DNA of 64,000 bases from Chrysemys picta bellii. Its lineage: Eukaryota. Shown in pieces: positions 1 to 12,300 of the stretch; positions within the stretch are counted from its first letter, which is position 1, and the number at the start of each line of letters is the position of its first letter. The notes beneath the pieces are model-generated. The model was given only the letters and a program-made list of their open reading frames with translations. It had not been told where the DNA came from and did no database searches. The stretch lies in contig NC_088798.1 of NCBI RefSeq assembly GCF_011386835.1, forward strand, positions 13,082,001 through 13,146,000. The letters are read 5' to 3'. Made by a program: the position numbers and the translations under genes.

Positions 1-251
1 CTCTCTGGATGCAGTGAAACCTTCCTGTACTACATGCAATAAAAACCCACTCAAACCATCACAGCTACGAAACATCAATTCATTCAGACAAAGGTGGGGT
101 TTAAGCACAGATTTAAAGGAAAATGATAAAATACTCAGAGGAATACACCTTTTTAAACCTCATGAAAAGTCTGTCCTCTGACTTAAGCATATGAAAAATA
201 TGGGAATAGTCGACCTAAGCACACACGACATACATGCCATTTAGCTGTTAC

Positions 252-344
252 CTGGTTATTTTGCCGGTTGGGGCCAAGGAGAAAGTTGATCATATGCCTT
301 AAAGCAGAATGTCGGAGAAGAAGATTGCTAGCCCTTATACCCTG
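252..344 (-). CDS. USP24: USP24 exon 53
   Basis: [31 protein letters not shown]; 93 nt; the gene continues beyond position 1. Confidence 0.94.
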
Positions 345-3300
345 CTGTCAAAAGACAGAATGCAAAGTTACACTGCTGTACAGATACAGAATTACATTTT
401 GCAGGCGCAAAAGTAATTTGCTGTACAGGCTAGACTCTAAATTCCCTACTTACGAATAAGCTACATCTTCACATAGCAAGAGCACTGGATAAAGGATGCT
501 TTATGAAATTCCACTTTAGTGGTTTGTAAGCTTTGTGTGGCTTTAAAACAATTAGAAACCATGCTGTGACATACAGCACCATCCTCTCCGCTATTCAGCT
601 TCCCACCGCAAACCTTTCAGCCTATTTCTTTAAATATTGTCAAATTATTGCATTTAGACTTAAGCAACACAGGCAGGGTTTAACATGTATACATTGCTTG
701 TATTTCTATACTCTTCTGTCCCAATCTAGTGTTCAAAAGCCATGTGCTTTACAGAGATAGGCGTTTTACTCATTTGAATTCTGGAAAGTTCTCATTACCA
801 CTGTTTTCTTAAATAGGTTATAGAGTATCCATAACCAGTTCCTTTTCTCATGTCCTTTTAAATTAAAATAATTTGAAAAGCTATTAGTTCATTTAGTTAC
901 CTTGTGTACAAAGTTGTTGAACAGGAAAAAGTACTGTGCACAGTTTTTACAGTTCTCGGGAACATCTTTATCCAACAGAGCAAGTAGCACCTCCATTAAC
1001 TGATGTAGACTTTTTAACTGTCAAAAAGTAATATTTAAATTAAAGTGGCAATTGACTACTGTATAAATCATTTAAAACACCCCCTATTAAGGTTGAGGGC
1101 TAGTTAACATCACTGTGTTTATATTCAGATGTACTTATTGTGATGAGAACAATCGAACCAGGAGGACACAGTCAAAACCTGCTTTCCCCTTTCAGATGGT
1201 AATATTATGTACATTCTGAAAATGAAAGTATCAACTTTCAGCAGAACTTGCTCAGAGAAATGCAATTTGGCTAGCTTTGTCTCAGGGGGCCATTGAGCAG
1301 ACTTTCCTTATAGGCTTAATTAGACAACTTCCTAAATGGTGGCGCAAAGGGGAGGAACATCCACCTCCCCAGGAGAGAGTTATCTTAATCCGTCACACAA
1401 GCATTCACTGAAAAAGTCAATATACAAAGTTAGGAAATTAATTTCCGCTGTGAACCGTAGTCTGGCAATTAAGTAACTTAAAAGCCCATCGGCAACGCAT
1501 GGAAATATGCTATGAACACAGAACAGTGATCATATTTTCTCAATTTCTCTTACATCTCAAGGACAATTGCATGAGAGTAGGTCTAAATTAATCTTTCCCA
1601 CCCGGAAAAAAACACTTTAGAAACTACTTCGTTTCATATTTTCTTGTGGTTTCTCCCTTGTGGTATTACTAGGGACAGTTGCATATAAGCAGGAACATTG
1701 TGAAAAAGCTCACCTACTGAGGTGCTCTCACCCAAAGTTAATTGCATTTATATTCACTCCTGGGTACTATACTATGCTGATGTCAGAGACTTCTGACGTC
1801 AGATAAGGAAGGAGAAGCAGTTGCAGGTAACACTTAGATTCTGAATGTGTGTGTACCAGTCTTGGTAATATCAAAAGAGAATAAACCAAAATATGACAAA
1901 GAATGATTTCCAAACAATGTTTTTCAAAAAAATTTTGTGGGGTCAGAGTCTCTTTGAGACAACAAAGCTGAATGTTATTTATATATTTTTACAGGAAATA
2001 CTGTGTTTTAACTAAACTTGAGCCCTTAAAATTGATGATTGATTGGCGATCCTTCGATTTCGAGGATGATCTCCATCTCTACCACGGATTTACATATGGG
2101 TCCTGAGATGACTCAGGAGTCTGATCCTGGAACGTCAAATCCGCCTGCAGTAGGTACACATTTTGTGGCAGGTCAGAGGCCTGCTGGGTGCAAGTTATTT
2201 CTTTTTCCTTCCTCCTCTCTCTTTTCAACTTCGAGGGCAAGGCACTTCTCCTCGAAGTGGGCCACTGTCTGATGGAGGATATGGCGCCATTGGGGTCGGT
2301 TGGTAGCTTACTCTTCCCAGCTTGTGATGTCCACATCAGTTTTCTTAAGCTACGCTTTCAGTGTGTCTTTGTAGCATTTCCTCTGACCACCATGGGATCT
2401 TTGACCATGGTGAGCTGAGAGTAGAGGACTTGTTTTGGGAGACGAGGGTCTGGCATCCGCACACAATGTCCAGCCCTGCGAAGCTGGGGCATGAGGATCA
2501 TTGCTTCCATGCTAGTGACACTGGCTTCAGCGAGGATGCTGGCGTTAGTGCAGCGATCTTGCCACTTGATGTGAAGGATCTTCCGGCAGCATCGTTGGTG
2601 GTATCCCTCCAAACTCTTGAGGTACTGTCTATTGGTCACCCAGGTTTCGCATCCATAGAGGAGTGTAGGAACAATAATGGTCTTATAGACCTGGATCTTG
2701 GTGACCTGCTGTAGATCACGGTCCATGAAAACGCATCGGAGCAATTTCCCACTGGATCCTGTGGTGGATCTCACTCTCGATTTTTGCATTTTGAGAAAGT
2801 TGGCTACCAATATAGCAAAAGTGCTCAGCTCTCTCCAAAGTCTGACCCTCGATGGTGATTTGTGGTGGGTCATGTGCAAGGCCTCAAGCAGATTGATCGA
2901 GCACTTTAGTCTTCTCAATATTCAGTGAGAGTCTAGGCTTCGGTAAGCTTGTGCAAGAAAATCCAGGACGGACTAAAGGTCATTCTCAGTGTCTGCGAGA
3001 ATGACACAATCATCAGCATACTGAAGATCAGTAACGGACGCCCTGAAGACTTTAGACTTTGAGTGGAGACACTGAAGATTAAAGAGCCACCCATCCATTC
3101 TATATTGAATGTCAACTCCATTGGGGAGGTGATCTTTAACGAGGACCAAAATGACTGCTAAATAGATGGAAAACAGGGTTGGGGCAATAACGCATCCTTG
3201 CTTAACCCCAGTTCTTATGACAAAAGGTTCCATCTCAAGGCCATTACAGAGAACTGTGGCAGTCGTCTGATCATGGAGAAGCCTTAGAAACTTAATAAAT

Positions 3301-6300
3301 TTTGGAGGGCTGCCAAATTTGGCCAGCACCTTCCACAGGACTTCACGATTGACAGAGTCAAAGACCTTTCTCAAATTGATGAAAGCCATATACAGGTCCC
3401 GATTTTGCTCCCGAGACTTTTCCATCCTCTGTTACCTTAAAATTAAGGTGCATGTCACTCCCCAGCAAACTTAACTGCTATTTACGTACAGATAGAGGGC
3501 TGAGATCCCATGATGTGTACCAGACATTCAAAATATGCAACTTGGGACTCCAAGACTGGGGTACACTGCATTATCGTGGCTAGAGGAAAGAAGCATGAAG
3601 AGATTCAAGAACTGAAGAACGACGGAGAATGAGGTTATTAAAGCCTTCTACTTTGGTCATTAATAGAGGTGCATGGTATTTTCTGGCAATACAGTGCCAG
3701 CTATAACGTTACAAAAATCAATACACTAATTCAAAATTAAATATCACTGACCTTATCCTGATAAAGCAAGGCACCGTCTAGAGTTTTTTCAAGAATGGTG
3801 GCAACAGCGATTCGCACCTCTCTTACACTGCACTCCAGCAGGAAAGTCCTGGAAAATACACATTGAAGCTGAAGGGAGCTTGGGATCAAACCTTTGGTTT
3901 CTCTATGCTACTACTTCATGTTGAAGTTTGGCATTTGGCATGTAAAAGGACAAAAGCTGAGGCTTGCGTTCATGCTTGCTCCTATTGCAATTTCCAATGT
4001 TTTAGTTTTTTAGAGCAGTGAACCTGCATTTGATCACTTTAAAAGACCTAACTGAAGTTATAGTACAATTCATAAGAGACAACTATACATATACCATCAA
4101 CATTCTTCAATCAGCGCTTTTATACATAGCATACAGTATGGTTGCATAGCAGATTCCTAGCATATGTTCCAGGCCACTCAGAAGTGATTAAATGGGATCT
4201 TTCCTCAACTTCTGAGAGCTGGCACACTTTCCCCACCCAGTGGTCTTCACCAATGGATGATCTTATACACGGCATGATTACCATGCAATGTTCTCTAGCA
4301 ATAAAAAAAATCTAAGCAGCAATTTCATAACAGCATAACTACCACCATCACCTCCTCTCTAACATTTTCCATCTTTGATTACACAATGGTGCCTTGGAAA
4401 TGCCTAAACACTAGATATTTCCTTTTCTGATCAAGAACCAGCAAACTTACTTCCTGATATGAAATCCAAAATACCCCAGAGCATATAGGTAATTCAGAGA
4501 GAACTCTGTTTAAACAATAGTGAGTTGATGCAGAAAAACAAAAAGCCATTCAAAAAGTTAGGGGTTCTCTCACAACTAAAGTTACGGAAGGAACGTCAAC
4601 CTTGAATTTCCTTGCCTCAATTAGTGATGATTATTATTGCTAGTTAGCTAGAAATATACTACAACGATCAGGTGATTCATGGGAATACAGTAGGATAGCT
4701 GAAGAGCTATTTCCTCAAAGTAATTATGATTCATCGTCTAAATATTTAATACAATTAAGAAAATGCTTAAACTTAGATCATGAAGCTTTCTAATACATTG
4801 GAATATGTGCTAAAAAGTTAAAAGAGCCTTGGATGCAGAACAAAATTTTCTTGTAATCCCAAAACAAGCCAGTATTAAGTTGTGAGCTCTCCACTCATTT
4901 AAACGGTAATAGCTACCAGCAATGGCCTGGAATTATTATGCTCAAAAGAGTTGCTGAAACTTTGGAATAGTGCAAGATAAACCCAACAATCTGCCAGGAG
5001 GATTTAATGTAAATGCCTCTAAGAAAGAAATAAACTAGGCTGAAGAGCTTTTGTAAACAACCACTTCATAAAAAGCTGAGAACTGACAAATAACTTGAGA
5101 ATTCTCAATAAAAGGTATTCTGAAATAAGGCCCGACTAGCACATTTCGGGGGACTTTATTTCTTGAACACAAATTATCTCCCCCTTCTATTAAGTACAAT
5201 AAAAGCTCTTTGATAACATCCTTCTGAGCAACCTGAACCATGAAATTGCTCATCTAGGGACTTCACTGTAGAGGAGTCAGTGGGTGGATGAACTTATTCA
5301 AAGAATATGCTCTAGCTTCTACATCTTTGTAAGAGAAACAAAATTGAGACTACCTGCAACGATCTTGGTAAATACATTTAATCGTGTTTTCTGTTCCCTT
5401 CCTCTTGTAGCACAAACAAGTCAAGAGCTCCACAATCTCTTGTATTTCAAAGCAATCACTAAAACTAGATTATTAAACACTGGTTTCTCCATTTACGTGG
5501 ATATCACTATTTTATTATATTTATTGGTTTCTTCATGAAAAATTAAGCAATTAGATAATGACAAATACTATTTCAAACATCTGATTAAGGGATACAGAAT
5601 ATACTGAACAGCTCTTCTACTTTTATTAGTATGTGCCAAACCACACCTTTAAGAAATGTAACTTATATTGACTTGAGAGAGGAGATCGGTACTTACTTTA
5701 CAAGCTCTCGTCCCTCTGATCCAACCAAATATTCAACTAGCCACTGACAAGCATCAAAACTTTTAGAAAGCAATGCATCAATGGTGGCAATCCATTCTTC
5801 CGTATCAATCCTTTAATGAAGCGAGACAGAAGGATAAGTAAAACAGCAGAATTTCATATCTGACTTTTTCGTGTCTGATAATCAATATCTTGTGTTTCTA
5901 GAGCAGGGGTGGGCAAACATTTTGGCCCGAGGGCCACATCTGAGTGGGGAAATTGCATGCAGGGCCATGACTGTAGGGCTGGGGGAGGGGGTTGGGGTGC
6001 GGGAGGGAGTGTGGTGTGCAGGAAGGGGCTCAGGGCAATGGGTTTGGGCAGAGGAGGAGTGCGGGGTGTACGAGGGGGCTCAGGAAAGGGGGTTGAGTGC
6101 AGGAGAGGGTGCGGGAGGGGGCTCATGGCAGGGGTGCAGGAAGGAGTGTGGGAGGGGGCTCAGGGTAGGGGGTTGGGGTGCAGGCTCCCTGCCTGCCCTG
6201 GCCCCGTGCCGCTCCCGGAAGCGGCCGGCACCACGTCCCTGCAGCCCCTGGAGGAGGGGGACAGAGGGCTCTGTGCGCTGTCCTCGCCTGTGGATACCTT

Positions 6301-9300
6301 ACCCGAAGCTTCCATTGGTTCCCCGTGGCCAATGGGAACTTCGGGGGAGGTACCCACAGGCGAGGGCAGCACGCAGAGCCCTCCGCCCCCAGAGACGTGG
6401 TGCTCGGCCGCTTCCAGGAGCGGCGCGGGGCCCGTGGCGCCACGGGGGTGGCAATCCCGCGGGCCGGATCCAAAGCCCTGACAGGCCGGATCCAGCCCAC
6501 GGGCCGTAGTTTGCCCACCCCTGTTCTAGAGGTAGTTATCGTTCTGCTGTGCAGCTTTCAGGGCAGCAGGACCCGACTTGTCAATCAACCTTTTTCTGGG
6601 GAGCTACTGCTTCCACCACTGAAAAATATCTTAAGAATTTAACAAGATACAGTAACTCAGACCCTCTCTGTTTCACCTGTCTACAGCATATAAATGACCC
6701 ATGTCTTGATTTGAATTGAAAACATGTTCGATAGCACAGGACAAAGTAGCGAGACGCTTAAGAAAAAAATCATCCATCACATTTTACTGTCTCAAATCCA
6801 GCTTAGCCAGTCCTGCACTGAGCTCCAAAAAGTGGCTTTTAACATTATTCATAAACTCTGCAATATTCAGGAAAACTAAGTATTTATTTAAAACTAAATT
6901 TACTTGTGCTCATAAAATACCAGGATTTAGAGTGCTTATTTCTCAATTCAGAATACACGCTAATTAAAGCTTTGACCATTTTACTTGTATTTAAATCCTT
7001 TCTACCCCCACAATGATGTTATGGGTGACACCCACAGAAATGGACAACTGCGGGAGAAAGAAGTTGTCAAGTTTCCCTCCTTGGATTTTTTGTGTGTTGG
7101 GCAAATTCCATTTGTATTTGGAATCCCCCAGCTGGAGAGTATTGCTGTGCTGGTGAATATCAACAGGATTTGTGAAGTCAAGAGGCTTAAATGCAATAAT
7201 TCAAAAAGTTACAGGATTTACAAGCCAGCAAGTCTCATCGGGTATGCCTACAGAGCACTAAAATGAATCCTTACCTGAGTTTTTTCTTGGTTCGTAAATA
7301 GGTTTGGAAGAGGAACTGGACTGCTAGCTGTAAGCTCACCTTTGCCATACATGGGTAATAGGGGTGTTTTAGCTTAGTCTGAAAGAAATAACACATTCAC
7401 TCCAGTCTAGTAGTACCACTTTTCTGTTCATATTTGTAAAGAATCAGTAAACATAGCAAAATACTCGGTTTTTAAAGTTTTGTTTCCTTTGGAGGCACAT
7501 TGGCAGGCCCCAAATTTTACCTACACTGAAATGAAGACTCTCCAGCTCAGAATACAAGAGGATTCTAAAACTAGGGCTATACCTTTGCTAAAATATGAAC
7601 TAGCTTGCTGAAAAACCCACCCAACCCAGGATGCTGGTTTGTTTACTGTTTCATTGTTGTGAGTAGACAGGACTGTATGAGCTCTAGGACTCTGGAGTGC
7701 ATCTATCAGAGTTTCTAGGCTTGTAAATAATGTCCCTTACAAGTTGAAAGCATTGTTTTACAGAAAGCTCCAAGAACTAGAAAAAGAATGATACGAAGGT
7801 GACTAATATCAATTGTGATCCACCCTTCATAAAGAAAGGGAATGCTAACCAGCCAGAGCTTAGCAACTTGCATCCCTGTCATACAATTTTTTAATTACGG
7901 AAATTTAAATCATATTTTTGTACATTTTACTGCAGCCTGATGACAACTGTTTCCATGATCCGGAACAGGAAGATAGCATCAGCTTTTAACTAGATGCTGT
8001 CACTAGGAAACGTAATTGGAGATATTGAATAGTTTAAACAAGAATTCCATTAACCCACCCAGCTATTTTTCTTCTGACTGGGGCCCAAACAACCTTATGT
8101 ATGCCCTCCTGTCCAATATTATAGCACCCAAGGATTAAAATCTTGCTACTTACAGCATTCAGAGAAGCTAACGACAGAACAAAACTGAAATAGTCACTAC
8201 TGTACACATCTCTATTCTTCATAAATTTCAGATTTTCATCTCTCACCATCTGTAAAGGAAAAGTGGTTATTGTTAGTAATGAACGGCAAGAAAGCATTAC
8301 ATCCTCCCAGGTTACAGTGCTCACATTAGCATTCCAATCCTACCTACTCTGGAGGGATCAGGAGTGTTTGGCACATGGTCATGCAACTAACTTATTTGTG
8401 CTCCGAGCTCACTGTATTGCTTTGGGGAAGTTAGTACTGAGAGATTTCCATAAAGGCAATTATTTTCTCCCAAAATATGGTAAGAATCACACTGGCAGAG
8501 TGAGAATAATTTACCCACTTGCCCAGCAAAAGATAGCTTGTGGTTTTGTTTGTATTTAGGAATGTTACAAGACCATGTGCCGAGAAAATGAAAGCTTAGG
8601 ATCACTAACGTGCTACACAAGTTATTGGAACATAAAATCAGCAGGTTCAACAAAGAGTCACGATAACAGTCATGAATGCAGAGTTCCCCCCAAGCAAGTT
8701 TCACTAGAAGCCTCACAGTAAGTTTAAAACAAGTTCCGTTTTCTGTGACATGTTTTAAACGCCATGCTACACTGTAAATCCTCCTGTACTCCACTGCTTA
8801 AACTGTCACCAATTCTCCCTCCATTGGCTTCCTATCTTACCAAGCCAACTTCAAAGCCCTCATAGGCAGAGGTAACATTTGTATGTCTCCTTCTCTGTGT
8901 TTTGGTTTCTCCCATTCTCCTCACCTTACTGTTCTCACACTTTGCTCCAAAAATAAGGACAGCTAGGTAGAATTCCTGTTTATCTGCCAAATATCTTCTC
9001 TGTTCTTCACACTCACTTCGAGGACTCCATCCTTTCTGCTCTCAATCATCTCTTCTCTCCCCCTTATATACATGGATTTTAATGTTCATTTAGATTGTTT
9101 TAAACTAAAAATTCTTTAAGGCAGGGAATCTGTCAATCAATGTTTTTGAATTATATGGTGTAAAAGTACCGTGCTGTACGATTAGTTATTAGCATTGGAT
9201 TGACGGCTATAGGAACGAGTCAAACAGTCCTGAAACATTTTCCACCTTTAATCTAGTTTTGTTTTCAACAAATCTATTTCTACATTAAGGTCAGCTTCAA

Positions 9301-12300
9301 AATAATGTATTTCACCTGCTATGCCTAATAAATTAATTGACAGAAGCAACATTCAGTCCCTATTTTTGGAGTTCTTTACCTGATATATTCGTACAGGCAT
9401 TTTCTCTACAAAGAGTCCTTTCTTCTCTCCTTTTCTGACCAGCTTAGTCAAGATGGAGAGACGGTCACTGCTGGGTCTGTGTGGTCGAGGCGATGACTGG
9501 GGTGAAATTTCTGGAGAAGATGGAGCAGATCTAAGAGACAGACAAGTTTAATGCTGATAATTGAATCCTGAGATAATCTTGCAAGGCAATTTTCAATATA
9601 CCAACAGGAAAATGTCATCTTAATAAAGTGTTTTGATCCTTATCTCCATATATTTTTGGAGGCTGTTGGAGTCAGTGTCAGACCTCTCACTACAACAGTG
9701 GTGGGAGCATGAAAGTTACACATGGAAGCAATAAAAAAGTACTCATTAAGAGCCTTAAAAAAATAGGGCAGACAGCATGCTCCTTTGGGGGACAGGAATT
9801 ATCCTATTCTTAGTTTTGTCTATGGTATTAGATATCATGGAATCAGAAATGCCTCAGATAGGAGGATAAACTTACAGCGAGAGATCCTCAGCTTCTTGCC
9901 TTACAACGCTGACTCGACTTTTCTTTGGTAAGACTGGAGAGTTCTGATCCGAGACTCTCTGGTAAAACAGCATGTAGGCATTCCAGTACCGCCGACGCAC
10001 GTCGGGATAAGGGTTAGCTTTAAGGAAAAATGAGGTTCAAGTCAGTCTTTGTAGGTATAACTAGCCTTATAATCCCTACAAGGGAAACATAAAACTCAAT
10101 AGACAATTAATGCAAAAGTTAAGCTATATAAAGTAATTTTAACCATTTTAATCCCTACTCTGAGGGAAGTGAGCACATAAGGCGTGGGGCTACAGGGAAT
10201 TTGGTTCAATAGTATTATTCAACCCTCTCTCAATAAACAGTGAAAGCATTCCTCAGTAATGTGGAAAACTTTATAAAAAGTTGCTTAGGAAGGTTTCCTA
10301 GTCAAATGTAACTGAAGACATTCTAATTCTAGTCACTCTGAGTCAAAAAGTGTTAATCCTAGTATGTTTGGATAAAATTTACTTAATTCTAACTCTGCAG
10401 TGAATTAGTATGAAACAAAGCCGTTATTCATTAAGTCTGTACTTATTACTTACACTGATCATATACTTTTGGTCTATACTCTCCACCGAAACATTCATAT
10501 TCCAAGGTTTCATCCGTTAACTCAAATTCTTCAACAACCGTGTCATTGAATTTATACCATTTTCCTTTTCCACATCCCCTATGGTCAAACACAACAGAAA
10601 AGGTGAAAGAAGTTACAAGATAGGTTTGAGTGCCTTAAATTAAAAAAAATTCTCTAGCAATGAAATTCCTGAGATTGGGTCTGCTTTGATGGTGAACAAG
10701 AAGGGCTTAAAACAATTCTTAAAGTTACAAAAATCACTTTAATGAAAAGGTGTGATTTAAAAATCAAAAGCATGAAACATGTCATCTAATGTTCAGACAT
10801 CACTGAAAGCCCCAATCTTGCAAGCCTGCATGGAACCCTAATGGGTATGTCTACACTGCATCTCAGAAAGAGCCTTCCAGCTTGGTTAGACAGACTTCTG
10901 ATAGCAGGACTCACCGTAGCACACTAAAAATAGCCGTATAGACCTTGCCACCTGGGCTGGAGATCCGGCTCTTAAGCCCCCTGCCCCTCCCCACCCAGGC
11001 TTGAGAGTCCCAGCTGTAATGTCAAAGCAATGTCTACACAACTATTTTTAGCACACTAGCATAAGTCTGTCTACCCTGGCTGGACGGCTTGCGCCCAGAT
11101 GCAGTGTAGACACACCCAATGACATTAACTGGGGTAGCTTACAGGATTGGACCTTAGTTCACACTAGATTTTCAACTTTTTCCAGAAGCGCTTACGTTTT
11201 TTCAGTAGCTCGCGTCTTTGTTGGTAGCTTTAAAGGACTCATTACGTTTAACAAGGAACCTGGGATGTTCCTTTTAAAACAAGTCATCTTCAGACCCAGT
11301 TGCTTTGGTCCTAACCCACTAACGTGTGTGATCATTGTCATTTGTTACCTCCTGTCCTTTATAAAGGAATAATAGTGCCCTGCATGTGCTTGGCCACTGT
11401 GCACAATCACACCAACAAGCTCGTAGTTTTCTGTAGGGGCAACTTTTTTTCGTGGGGATCCTCCACCTCCTTGATCTGTATTTCTTCCATTGTCACCAAC
11501 TTCTGAAGAGGAATCTTGTCGAGCCATTCCTGAAACTGTGTAGGGTTCCATGTTCAACATCCAGGGAAACTGTTCAAAAGCAAACATCTTGGATTAAACT
11601 AAGACACCATCTGGTATGTTACCAGCTTGCTGTCGTCGTATAAAAACACAAAGACTTACTCATAAATGCCTTATACACTGGAAATAGCTAATGAAAGTGC
11701 TGTGCTTTCGCCTTTTATCCGCACAATGTATAAGCTAGCCAGCATTTCTTTAAGAAGCAGGTTTTTGCTCTTGCTTTCCAGGCCATAAAGGACTTGGAAG
11801 TAAAGTGGAAACAACAGACTCAGCCCTTGAAAGGCTCCACAGGGAGCTACAAACATTATCACTGCAGAGAAGATCACTGTACAACGGTCTTTGAAAAAAC
11901 GCTTTTTTTGAGGAAGGGGATGAAGGGAAAAATGGGAATTCAAGAGGAGCCCCGGGGGCGGGGGGAGAATATAGAGCAGTTCTCTTACCCTTATCTGTTC
12001 ATCATATTTAATGGAGCGGCCACTCTCCCAATCAAATCCAAATCTCATCAGGTGGATCACCAAAACACTGGGCAGAGCTTTAATGCAGGTGCGCTTCACT
12101 GTAGTTCTCTTAAAGAGAGAAGAAAGTCACCTGTCTAGATACTCATTATAAAACATTGTACAATTCCTGTCTAGTCTAAATGATTTTTAAAGAATAATGT
12201 CCCAAAATTGTACACAGTGCCAGATGAAAGTAAGAAACACACACAAGCAATGAGCGATGTGTACAGAACCCACGCAGACTGGGTTATTTACACCTTTAGA

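Noticed and set aside
1440-1545. Intronic snoRNA candidate
   Set aside because: There is no proper C (RTGATGA) / D (CTGA) box pair with a terminal stem, and no H/ACA architecture.
5854-6642. Cluster of 90-212-aa ORFs on both strands
   Set aside because: They lie inside a GC-rich MITE with TIRs and a TSD. The stop-poor composition explains them, and the products are low-complexity G/A/P/R strings.
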